From: a virus | Taxonomy: Duplodnaviria; Heunggongvirae; Uroviricota; Caudoviricetes | DNA length: 25,778 bases | Virus record (IMG/VR): IMGVR_UViG_2718218136_000006 | Direction: 5' to 3' (one strand) | Shown here: piece by piece, positions 1 to 8,087 of the stretch | Layout: the number at the start of each line of letters is the position of its first letter | How positions within the stretch are numbered: the first letter of the stretch is position 1 | The notes under the pieces: model-generated | Databases searched by the model: none | What the model saw: only the letters and a program-made list of their open reading frames with translations | Told to the model about the DNA's origin: nothing | Made by a program: the position numbers and the translations under genes

Positions 1-444
1 TTATCTCGCACGCGATTTGGGGCTACCGGGCAAAACATCCGTCAACAGTTCATCAATTTCTGTCGGGATGAAGCCTGTCAGGGAGACATCAAAATCAGCA
101 TTGATTAGGTCCGACAGCTCCATCCGCAACAGATCTTCATCCCAGCCAGCATTCATCGGCAGGCGATTATCTGCCAGGCGGTACGCCTTTTTCTGCTCAT
201 CCGTCAGGCCAGACAGAACAATGACCGGAACAGAATCCATTTTGAGCATTTCAGCCGCCATAACACGACCGTGACCCGCAATAATTTCGCCCTTTTCGTC
301 AATCAGCACCGGATTAGTCCAGCCGAATTGCTTAATACTTTCTACCAGTTGTGCCACCTGCTCAGTACTGTGCGTCCTGGCGTTGTGCGCATACGGTGAC
401 AATTCTTGTAATGGGCGATAGACTATCTTTAATTTCTCGCTCAT
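1..444 (-). CDS. ParB N-terminal (ParB/Srx-like nuclease) domain protein, 147 aa; complete (stop at 1-3)
   Basis: ORF track; ATG at 442-444 with AAGG upstream; sequence pattern ...IIAGHGRV... and acidic C-terminus recalled as ParB-like nuclease fold. Sits where lambdoid head/terminase-proximal genes begin. Confidence 0.55.
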   Translation of the reverse strand: MSEKLKIVYRPLQELSPYAHNARTHSTEQVAQLVESIKQFGWTNPVLIDEKGEIIAGHGRVMAAEMLKMDSVPVIVLSGLTDEQKKAYRLADNRLPMNAGWDEDLLRMELSDLINADFDVSLTGFIPTEIDELLTDVLPGSPKSRAR

Positions 445-471
445 ACAGCCTTGCTTTATGAATAAAACGCA

Positions 472-495
472 CCCCAGCAGCCAGTGCTACTGGGG
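472..495 (-). terminator. candidate intrinsic terminator downstream of trkG
   Basis: Inverted repeat CCCCAG(472-477)/CTGGGG(490-495) with 12-nt loop; on minus strand followed within 4 nt by TTTTATT. Read by eye. Confidence 0.3.
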
Positions 496-581
496 ACGGA
501 GGTGTTGCTGGTAAAGTTAGGTATTGGATCAATGAGTGAGTCAACATAATATTAAACTCACAATTATAAATCAGCCATATA

Positions 582-2039
582 TTAGGAGCGCCAAAAAAAA
601 CCTGAAAACAATATAATAACAGGATAAATTTCAAGGCGACCAAGAATCATAGCTATGCACATTAAGCATTTTGCAATGTCATTAAGCACTCCGAATGACG
701 ATGCAGTAGCCCCAAAACCTAATCCCATATTATTAATACATGCAGCCACTGTTGCAAATGATGTAAGAAAATCATATCCCATACCATTTAACACCAGTAT
801 AAAAAACACCGTGAAGAGAGTATAAAGAAAAAAGAAACTCCATACAGACCTCATTACACGATCTGTAACTATCTTCCCTCCTACATTTACACTCAACAAC
901 GCTCTGGGATGAGAAAGCTGATTTATCTCGTGTTTGCTTTGTTTGAAAAGTATAAGAAATCGAAGTGACTTAATTCCACCACAAGTTGAACCTATACATC
1001 CCCCAAAGAAACTTGACAACAGCAAAAACACTATCGTGTGCGTGGGCCAACTTGCATAATCCTGCGTAGCTAAACCATTATCAGTGAGCATGGAGCTGGC
1101 AAGAAAAAACGAATGAATAAAACTTCCATGCAAGTCATACATACCTATATGCCAGACCTGGAAAGAGGTAACAATGATCACCCCTAAGGCTATTAACAGA
1201 AAGAAACGAAGTTCAATATCTCTGATTAAAGGTTTTATCGTTTTTCTGCTAATAACAATATACCAAAGAGTAAAGTTGAAAGCCGATAGCAGGGAAAAAG
1301 CACCAGCCACCAGCTCAACCAAATAGTTATTAAAATATCCGATACTCTCGCTATGAGTTGAGAAACCACCAAGCGAAACTGTGGAAATCCCGTGACAAAT
1401 AGCATCAAACAAAGGCATTCCTGCAAGTCTATAACAGACAATACAAGCAATACCTAATAAAGAATAAGTTATCCACAGTGTCCGTGACGTATCGGCCAGG
1501 CGGGGAGTGAGTTTGTCATCCTTAAATGGCCCCGGCATTTCTGACTGATAAAGCTTTGCACCACCAATACCCAATAATGGCAATACTGCAACCGCCAGAA
1601 CAATAACTCCTAAACCACCTATAAAATTTAACTGTGACCGATAGTACAAATATGCCCGAGGTAATGAACTAACATCATCAATTACAGTTGCTCCTGTTGT
1701 TGTTATTCCAGAAACCCCTTCAAACAGAGCATCAATGAACGTTAAATTAAGTTCTGAGTCAATCCATAAAGGGAATGCACTAATAACAGAAAACAAAATC
1801 CAAAACATTACAATTATAATAAACCCATCACGGGTACGTAATTGAATGCCAGATTTCTTAGTTGTATACCACGCTCCGCCACCAATGCAAAAAAATATAA
1901 CGAAAGTTATAAAGAAAACGAACAGGCTTTTTTCTTTATAAAACAATGCTACAACCATTGGTGGCAACATTGAAAGACTATAGAGCCAAACCAGGAACCC
2001 ACACATATGAGTAACAACTCTTACATGAGATGTATTCAT
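582..2039 (-). CDS. trkG: TrkG potassium uptake membrane protein, 485 aa (prophage moron)
   Basis: ORF track 582..2057; start re-picked at ATG 2037-2039 (MNTSHVRV...); polytopic TrkH/TrkG-type sequence recalled as Rac-encoded TrkG. Confidence 0.9.
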   Translation of the reverse strand: MNTSHVRVVTHMCGFLVWLYSLSMLPPMVVALFYKEKSLFVFFITFVIFFCIGGGAWYTTKKSGIQLRTRDGFIIIVMFWILFSVISAFPLWIDSELNLTFIDALFEGVSGITTTGATVIDDVSSLPRAYLYYRSQLNFIGGLGVIVLAVAVLPLLGIGGAKLYQSEMPGPFKDDKLTPRLADTSRTLWITYSLLGIACIVCYRLAGMPLFDAICHGISTVSLGGFSTHSESIGYFNNYLVELVAGAFSLLSAFNFTLWYIVISRKTIKPLIRDIELRFFLLIALGVIIVTSFQVWHIGMYDLHGSFIHSFFLASSMLTDNGLATQDYASWPTHTIVFLLLSSFFGGCIGSTCGGIKSLRFLILFKQSKHEINQLSHPRALLSVNVGGKIVTDRVMRSVWSFFFLYTLFTVFFILVLNGMGYDFLTSFATVAACINNMGLGFGATASSFGVLNDIAKCLMCIAMILGRLEIYPVIILFSGFFWRS

Positions 2040-2176
2040 ATCTAAATATTCTTTCAATTATAACCACCTTGCTGCAATATTATGATTATACTGTATAAAA
2101 TTTAACTCCTCTTAGATCTTACTTCACTGTTCCTTATGAAACAATCATCAAAATGAATCATATTGTAGTTAAGATT

Positions 2177-2641
2177 TTACTTTAAACACTGTTCGGTTAT
2201 GTATTGCTGAGCACCTTCAAGTTGGGCCTGCATCATTACCAGTCGTTCCCGGAGGGTGAAATAATCCCGTTCAGCGGTGTCTGCCAGTCTGGGGGAGACT
2301 GCATTATCCACGCTGGAGGTGGCGGTGGCTTCACGCACTGACTGACAGACTGCTTTGATGCGCAACCGACGACGACCAGCGGCAACATCATCACGCAGAG
2401 CATCATTTTCAGCTTTCGCATCAGCTAACTCCTTCAGGTATTTTGCATCGAGTGCAGCAACATCACGCTGGCGTATCTGCATGTCAGTAATGATTGCGGT
2501 CGCCTGGTTGAGTTTTTCCGTCACATTATCGCGTTGCGCTTTGTAGGTAATGGCATTATCACGGTAATGATTAACAGCCCATGACAGGCAGACGATGATG
2601 CAGATAACCAGAGCATAAATAATCACGGCAACTCTGCTCAC
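2177..2641 (-). CDS. Rz-type i-spanin (inner-membrane spanin subunit)
   Basis: ORF track 2177..2656; N-terminal TM segment ([18 protein letters not shown]) then coiled-coil region, lambda Rz-like; likely GTG start 2639-2641 overlapping endolysin stop (GTGA). Confidence 0.8.
   Translation of the reverse strand: MSRVAVIIYALVICIIVCLSWAVNHYRDNAITYKAQRDNVTEKLNQATAIITDMQIRQRDVAALDAKYLKELADAKAENDALRDDVAAGRRRLRIKAVCQSVREATATSSVDNAVSPRLADTAERDYFTLRERLVMMQAQLEGAQQYITEQCLK
2236..2421 (-). CDS. Rz1-type o-spanin lipoprotein, embedded in +1 frame inside Rz
   Basis: 61-aa ORF with lipobox LVVVGC and proline-rich PPPPP stretch, fully nested in Rz, the classic Rz/Rz1 architecture. Confidence 0.8.
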   Translation of the reverse strand: MRKLKMMLCVMMLPLVVVGCASKQSVSQCVKPPPPPAWIMQSPPDWQTPLNGIISPSGNDW

Positions 2642-3171
2642 TGCTCTATCCCCCAACAGGCTAATGCGCTCTCCTGATCACGACGAATAACCTGACCGTA
2701 ACAGTTATTTGAACGAAGGCGGCAATCGCGCCCCCTGTCCTTAATCCACCAGCGAATCGCCTCGCAGGCACCTTTACGATCACCTGCATTCAGCCGCTTA
2801 TAAAATGTCGACGGAAAACACTTAGCGGGGCCAATGTTATAGGGACAAAATGACGCGATACCCGCTTTTTGTGGTTCGGTCAGTGTTACTTTAATATTGC
2901 GATCCACCCATGCCAGCGCCTTATCACGCTCAATGGCATTAACCTGATCGCATTTTTCCTTCGTCAGTGTCATGCCCGGAATAACAGGTTTACCATCTAC
3001 TATCGTGGCACCGCGACAGATGGTCCATATGCCGGAACCATCGCGGTATGCCGTAGTGTGGTTACCCTCTTTTTCATCCAGAAACTGGTCAAGTATCTCA
3101 GGAGCAGATGCGCCTGCTCCAATCAGCGCCAGAACGGCCGCTGACAGGCCGTATTTGATTTTTGCGTTCAT
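2638..3171 (-). CDS. SAR endolysin (phage lysozyme, signal-anchor-release type), 177 aa
   Basis: ATG 3169-3171; N-terminal Gly/Ala-rich weakly hydrophobic segment ([17 protein letters not shown]) followed by E-x8-D-x5-T lysozyme catalytic spacing ([16 protein letters not shown]). Confidence 0.85.
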   Translation of the reverse strand: MNAKIKYGLSAAVLALIGAGASAPEILDQFLDEKEGNHTTAYRDGSGIWTICRGATIVDGKPVIPGMTLTKEKCDQVNAIERDKALAWVDRNIKVTLTEPQKAGIASFCPYNIGPAKCFPSTFYKRLNAGDRKGACEAIRWWIKDRGRDCRLRSNNCYGQVIRRDQESALACWGIEQ

Positions 3172-3276
3172 GGATATTTATCAGGATTTATCGGTTTCTG
3201 AACCCTGGATATGTTTATCTGCCCCGGCCTGTTGAATCAGGCGGGGAAAAGGTAAATACAATCAAGAGGATTATTT

Positions 3277-3549
3277 ATGGACAATAACACCATTTCTCTA
3301 CAGGAGTTGCTCGACTGCATTTCCAGGCTTCGGGATGATGTAAATGCCCTCACTGTTGCATTTTCATATCTGGCCTTATCAATTCCCAGAGAACAAATGC
3401 AACCAACACTGGCATCGCTCCTGCTTGAATCACGCAACCCCAAATGGTCCCAGGAACAACAAAATTCTTTTAAGTGGCTGGCGACATTACTGGAAGAAAA
3501 ATATGCTGGTAAAATTACCATTTCGGTGGAGTCTTCAGAAAATCAGTAA
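3277..3549 (+). CDS. hypothetical 90-aa protein, opposite strand to the lysis cassette
   Basis: ATG at 3277 preceded by AAGAGGA at about -9; ORF overlaps the 3' end of the YdfR-like gene convergently by 35 bp. No family recognised. Confidence 0.35.
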   Translation: MDNNTISLQELLDCISRLRDDVNALTVAFSYLALSIPREQMQPTLASLLLESRNPKWSQEQQNSFKWLATLLEEKYAGKITISVESSENQ

Positions 3550-3859
3550 TTCTTCCTGGTAGCTTTCCTTTGTAGGTTATCCACACATTCTGCGCCTCTA
3601 AAATTACGGGGCGCTTTTCCGGCGACTGCTCATCCCCTTCACATAACCCGGCAGCAACATCCAGGAAGACCTGTCTGATGCTCCTTCTGGCTGCAGCCTC
3701 ATAAAACTCCAGCGCAGCACCTTCAACACGGTCCAGCGAGATGTCCAGGTCAAAAATTTCACCGTCAAAGCGTTTTTTGTCTTGTAATGCTACAGTTACC
3801 GCAACTTTATTCTCAAAATTGCGGATCCCTTTCACAATCAGTTCATAGTCTTGGGTCAT
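3515..3859 (-). CDS. YdfR-like (DUF1327-type) prophage protein, 114 aa, between holin and endolysin
   Basis: ATG 3857-3859 with strong GAGGAGAG Shine-Dalgarno; N-terminus MTQDYELIVKGIRNFENKV... recalled as the YdfR family found at the same position in other lambdoid prophages. Confidence 0.55.
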   Translation of the reverse strand: MTQDYELIVKGIRNFENKVAVTVALQDKKRFDGEIFDLDISLDRVEGAALEFYEAAARRSIRQVFLDVAAGLCEGDEQSPEKRPVILEAQNVWITYKGKLPGRITDFLKTPPKW

Positions 3860-3863
3860 TATA

Positions 3864-4079
3864 TTACTCTCCTCTCGCAGCCTTTCTTCTGTCTTCTCTG
3901 ATTTTGAAGTACAGATTTGTCAGATAAGTCAAAAAGCCCAGAACCAGACTACCCAGCACACCGATTGCAGCCCACTGTGACGGAGTTACTCTATCGAGCA
4001 ACTGTAAAAACCAGTAGCCAGCACTGCCTGCGGAGGTGCCATAGGCGACACCCGTTGTTAACTTATCCATGGATTTCAT
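3864..4079 (-). CDS. pinholin (phage 21 S-type holin), 71 aa, dual-start MKSM
   Basis: ORF track 3864..4172 trimmed to ATG 4077-4079 (second Met at 4068-4070) behind GAGGTG; sequence ...[17 protein letters not shown]...[19 protein letters not shown] matches recalled S21 pinholin. Confidence 0.85.
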   Translation of the reverse strand: MKSMDKLTTGVAYGTSAGSAGYWFLQLLDRVTPSQWAAIGVLGSLVLGFLTYLTNLYFKIREDRRKAARGE

Positions 4080-4467
4080 AACCCCCACCTCGCAGATGCG
4101 GGCGCTGTGTAATGGAAACAAAAAATGGCCACCAGCGGCCCGTAAAAAACACCCCGTCAAAAGCACCGGCATCCGCAGATGCCCTTTGCGTGGCGTTATT
4201 TGATGCGCGCCAGATGTGGCGCAAAGAAATGAAATAAGCCTTATCGAAAATTAAGGTTAATTTGATGATTTAAACCACTTCTGAAGCTTAGTAGTATGAA
4301 CATGTCCCCAGAAGGGGCCAATACTTATTATTCTTCATGGACTTTGTCCCGCGGTCTTAATCCGACGACCGCGCTACTTTTCACCCTCTCGCAAATTGCT
4401 ATCTAAAGGACGTTGTCCCACGAGTATTCCTGGATGCTCGTGTCTTTTTTTGTCCTGAGAAAGGAAT

Positions 4468-4490
4468 AAAAAAACCGCCAGATATGGCGG
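4468..4490 (-). terminator. candidate intrinsic terminator (minus strand) between tRNAs and holin
   Basis: Stem CCGCCA(4475-4480)/TGGCGG(4485-4490), 4-nt loop, followed on minus strand by a run of 7 T (4468-4474). Confidence 0.35.
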
Positions 4491-4856
4491 TTGGTCAATG
4501 CAAGGGATGAATTTTTTAATTGTTATTAAACCGAGGCGTCGGGTGCCTCCCGAAGTATTCCGTGCTGTATGGATACTGTGGTTTCCCGCTAAACCGACTC
4601 TTTAAACCACCCTCGCACTGAGGAGCACCTCTGTGGTGCGATTTACAACACCAGAATGATGCATCACCGACCCTGCCAGGAAATACAAAATCTCCACCGA
4701 TAATGCACCATTCTGCTGCCGTAAAAAAATCAGCACTGAGGCTACACCCGGCCTCAAATCATAGCCAGAGAACAGAATGCTTTTTCAAAACAACCTGCTC
4801 CCACGTAATAAAAAAATACGCCAGTGCCGTAATACAATAAGGCTTGTTTCAAATGC

Positions 4857-4931
<75 letters not shown>

Positions 4932-4934
4932 ATA

Positions 4935-5010
<76 letters not shown>

Positions 5011-5123
5011 ATTGGTTCTTCAGGGGAGCGATATCACCGATCAAAGAAGAGTTCCCCCTCAGAACCGTTTTCGATGATACGATTTAATATTCCAATCGCA
5101 ACAACAGTTTGCGTCAAGTTATG

Positions 5124-5204
5124 TAAATTTATTTATATGTTTTTATTTTATGTGAATAATTCACTTTCACTTAAAATATATACAACAACATATAAATAAA
5201 TTTA
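5124..5204. repeat. 17-bp perfect inverted repeat (TAAATTTATTTATATGT at 5124-5140; reverse complement at 5188-5204), 47-bp spacer
   Basis: Directly read; AT-rich intergenic DNA between the Q-proximal terminator and tRNA-Thr. Confidence 0.6.
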
Positions 5205-5249
5205 TTTTGAAGGCGATGATTAAATGTCGTTTCTGATATCACACCACAG

Positions 5250-5278
5250 AAACAACAAAACCCGCTCGATGGCGGGTT
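5250..5278 (-). terminator. intrinsic terminator downstream of the Q-like gene (tR'-like position)
   Basis: Stem AACCCGC(5259-5265)/GCGGGTT(5272-5278), loop TCGATG; on minus strand followed by TTGTTGTTTC. Confidence 0.5.
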
Positions 5279-5363
5279 CTATTAAAGTTTAATTGCGCTT
5301 GATTCGCCTCGCGATACAGCTTTGCGAAGCGTAGCAAAATTAAAGCAGTTTATGCGTAAAAAA

Positions 5364-5906
5364 TCAAGCCGTTTTTTGAGCGAATGATTCTCGCATGGGA
5401 ATGTATAGCGCATACTCAGCAACGGCCAACCAATTAGCAATTCGCTTTTCGCATGTGCTAAAACACCACTCTGGGTGTGCATCATTTAGCAATTCAGCCA
5501 TTTTGCGTTTGGTCATCCCCCGCCCCTCATACCGTTGCCGAAGGACGCTAATCAATCCTGGATGCTCTGCCAGCACCTCACTTATGACCCGATCAATACA
5601 TAACGCCTCTGCATCAGTACAATGTGCCAGCCAGCTCTTTTGCTTACCGTTAATCATATCCCGCAAAAAAGCCTCAAGTTCAGACTTGTTCAGACCTGCT
5701 TTTTTCATCCTCCGGAGCGCCTCGTTAATTGCCGTTTTTGTCAGCTTTTTAGAGGCCAACAACTGGTTGAACATATTCCCCGTCTTACCGCCGCCAATAT
5801 ACGACCAGCGCCCCCACATGCGCAGTTTTCCCTGAATCCAGACACTTTCCAGCGTGGTGAGACGAAGGTGTTCCCCGCTTTTGCCTATATTTGTTGGGTA
5901 AATCAT
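5364..5906 (-). CDS. putative late-gene antiterminator Q-like protein, about 180 aa
   Basis: ORF track 5364..6026 trimmed to ATG 5904-5906, which overlaps the upstream gene stop (ATGA); W-G-x-W motif (MWGRW) near N-terminus as in Q-family proteins; position immediately upstream of terminator, tRNAs and S-R-Rz. Confidence 0.5.
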   Translation of the reverse strand: MIYPTNIGKSGEHLRLTTLESVWIQGKLRMWGRWSYIGGGKTGNMFNQLLASKKLTKTAINEALRRMKKAGLNKSELEAFLRDMINGKQKSWLAHCTDAEALCIDRVISEVLAEHPGLISVLRQRYEGRGMTKRKMAELLNDAHPEWCFSTCEKRIANWLAVAEYALYIPMRESFAQKTA

Positions 5907-6193
5907 AAATAACCTTCCTTTCTCCAGATTTCTTGCGTGCGAAAAACACCTTCTGCATGCATCAGGCGTAATTCTTCTTTGGTGTAATCGCTTGTTTTTA
6001 CCCGCCAGTCGATTAGATCGTGGCATGAGCTACAGGCTATCGCCGCCTGCATATCGTGTGGTTTTGTCGCTGTTCCGCACGTCCCCGCCAGCCTGTAATG
6101 CGCCAGCACAGAGGTTTCGGGATTGTGATTGCAGTAGCCAGGGATTCTGATCTGGCACATCTGGCCTTTAGCCGCTTTACGTAAATTCACCAT
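5903..6193 (-). CDS. YbcO-like (DUF1364) nin-region protein, 96 aa
   Basis: Pattern LRKAAKG..CQIRIPGYCNHNPETSVLAH recalled from DLP12 YbcO; start ATG 6191-6193 overlaps upstream stop (TAATG). Confidence 0.6.
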   Translation of the reverse strand: MVNLRKAAKGQMCQIRIPGYCNHNPETSVLAHYRLAGTCGTATKPHDMQAAIACSSCHDLIDWRVKTSDYTKEELRLMHAEGVFRTQEIWRKEGYL

Positions 6194-6792
6194 TACGCAA
6201 ACTCCAGTAGTTGTGCGGCCACATTTTCAATTTCCTCCTGAGAGGAGAATTTACGGAACAGAATCCAGTTCCACAGCACATTCAGTACAGATTTATAAAC
6301 CTGCTGAAACTCGACTTCGTCCATATTCGCAAACGCGATGGATTTCGCCCGACGCCCACGGCTACCATCAGGATAAAAATGCTCTGTGTAAAATCCGGCC
6401 TGAATGGTTACCCACTCGCGGAAAGCCTCAAACGACTTTAGCAATGCCGTATCCCGGGTTCTGCGTGTCGCAACGGTATTCAGATATTGCTCTGCGGCAC
6501 CACTCAGGGCTGGAGTATGTTCCCGACCTACTGATTCGCACAGGTAATCAACGAAGCCTGATACCAGTTCTCGTTCTCGAGGCGTGATCGCCCCACCGAT
6601 CGGAGTCCAGTAATCGAATCCCAGTTGCAGGAGTTTGAAAAAACGCTTGTGGAATGCATAGTTACGCACACGCTTAAAGTCTGCGTGTATCCACTCGCCT
6701 ATTTTGATTTGATGCAGAAAATCGCAACTCTCCGGCGTCGCCGGGAGAAGTAAACCAGAAGAAGTTTGTTTGACCAGTTGTATATGCGCCAT
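6193..6792 (-). CDS. hypothetical nin-region protein, 199 aa
   Basis: ATG 6790-6792 with GGAG upstream; long ORF, co-oriented and coupled to the downstream gene. Family not recognised with confidence. Confidence 0.55.
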   Translation of the reverse strand: MAHIQLVKQTSSGLLLPATPESCDFLHQIKIGEWIHADFKRVRNYAFHKRFFKLLQLGFDYWTPIGGAITPRERELVSGFVDYLCESVGREHTPALSGAAEQYLNTVATRRTRDTALLKSFEAFREWVTIQAGFYTEHFYPDGSRGRRAKSIAFANMDEVEFQQVYKSVLNVLWNWILFRKFSSQEEIENVAAQLLEFA

Positions 6793-6863
6793 CGTAGTTC
6801 TCCGCTGGCGCAGTAGAATGGGTGTTCAGTCCGTTGTGCAGTATACCAGAATTAATACCAATA

Positions 6864-7076
6864 CTAACAGGATGCTCTGACTCGCAATTCATCCAGCAGT
6901 TTATCATTTCCCATAATGTCACTTAACCTCATCGGTAAAAAAATTGCCTTTCGCCCATTACGATACATCATTGATTTTTGGTTTTCAGGGAAGTAATCCA
7001 TTTCGACTATAACTGACAGGTCATCACGACGTATGACTGCGTATTTGCTACTAAATAGTTTCTTTATTTTTTCCAC
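6864..7076 (-). CDS. hypothetical small protein (about 70 aa from GTG 7074-7076; ORF track extends to 7115)
   Basis: GGAGG 4 nt upstream of an internal GTG; no ATG start available; left edge of the AT-rich island. Confidence 0.3.
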   Translation of the reverse strand: MEKIKKLFSSKYAVIRRDDLSVIVEMDYFPENQKSMMYRNGRKAIFLPMRLSDIMGNDKLLDELRVRASC

Positions 7077-7963
7077 GATGCCTCCAAGTTTATAAGTACA
7101 AGAGGTTATATCCACATAGAGACAAAAATATTAATCTTAAAAATATTTATTTCACGCCGTATATTTGTTTGTTTTATGCGCAGGCACAATGACTTTTATT
7201 TATTGTTATGCATATAATCAAATAAGTGATTGTTTTTTGCTCTTCAGATTCAGCAGGCAAAATGCATAAGGGCTGAAAGTTCTCGCATATAATACCTAAT
7301 TTACTATCACTATATTCTAAGCACTTACCAGGTGATTAGGAACGGAACCCAGTACCGTGCGAATTTTAATTATGTGCTGGGACCAAACGGTCTGAAATGT
7401 CTTCATTGGTGACGATGATTACTCTTACTTTTTGATTTTAATATTCCGGCAATAATTTTAATAAAAATCTGTTTTAACTCTGCATTTTGCTGATTCTCCG
7501 AAGAAACTATCCATCTCTACGAGGAGATCAAATGTCGTTTCAAATCAGTATGATGAGTATAAAAATCATGCCATAAATAGAAAACTAATTCGTCTGTATA
7601 GCAGTAATATTTCTGAAAATTAGTAGGATACTGTGGTAAAGAAATTCATTTCCAAGTAATTGGTAAACGCATTTGATTTGATTTTTTGTATGGGCTGTAC
7701 TGGCTAAATAACATCCGATACTTGCCAGCACTAGCGATTGCTATTGATGAGAACAATAGTGGCATCCGGCAAAGCATTTTGTAGGGGGGTATCAAGCGGT
7801 GCTAACGCATTGCGGTAAAAATTCTGTCACACTTGGCGAGCAGGCATAGAGATGATCTCATTGAATTGGTTGCAATCACAAAACACTATGCCTGCCTTTT
7901 CTATTCGCCCATTGCTGGGGAGTCCACAGCACTACTGCAGCTTTTTAGTACGATGAACAGCTA

Positions 7964-8087
7964 TTAAGTAATTTCAGAGGTATCTATCACTTTCTCAGGA
8001 GTTGTAGATAACAATTCTTTCATACGCTGATCTTCGGGAGCACGAGAAGACAGGTGTTCTAAAAACTCACGCCATTGACGCTTTGCA
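7964..8087 (-). pseudogene. orphaned 3' end (37 codons plus stop) of the GHKL ATPase gene, cut off by IS10
   Basis: Reading across the 9-bp duplication, the ATPase frame continues without a stop for 37 codons (QWREFLEHLSSRAPEDQRMKELLSTTPEKVIDTSEIT) to TAA at 7964-7966. Confidence 0.7.

Noticed and set aside
1235-1450. 71-aa minus-strand ORF inside trkG
   Set aside because: Nested in another frame of the intact trkG coding sequence.
3237-3562. 94-aa minus-strand and 72-aa plus-strand ORFs between endolysin and YdfR-like gene
   Set aside because: Overlap the better-supported 90-aa plus-strand ORF and the YdfR-like gene in other frames; no start signals.
5282-5485. 67-aa minus-strand ORF overlapping the Q-like gene 3' end and the terminator
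   Set aside because: Runs through the terminator hairpin and overlaps Q in another frame.
6674-6922. 82-aa minus-strand ORF overlapping the start of the 199-aa nin-region gene
   Set aside because: Different frame over the 5' end of a better-supported gene; no ribosome-binding site.
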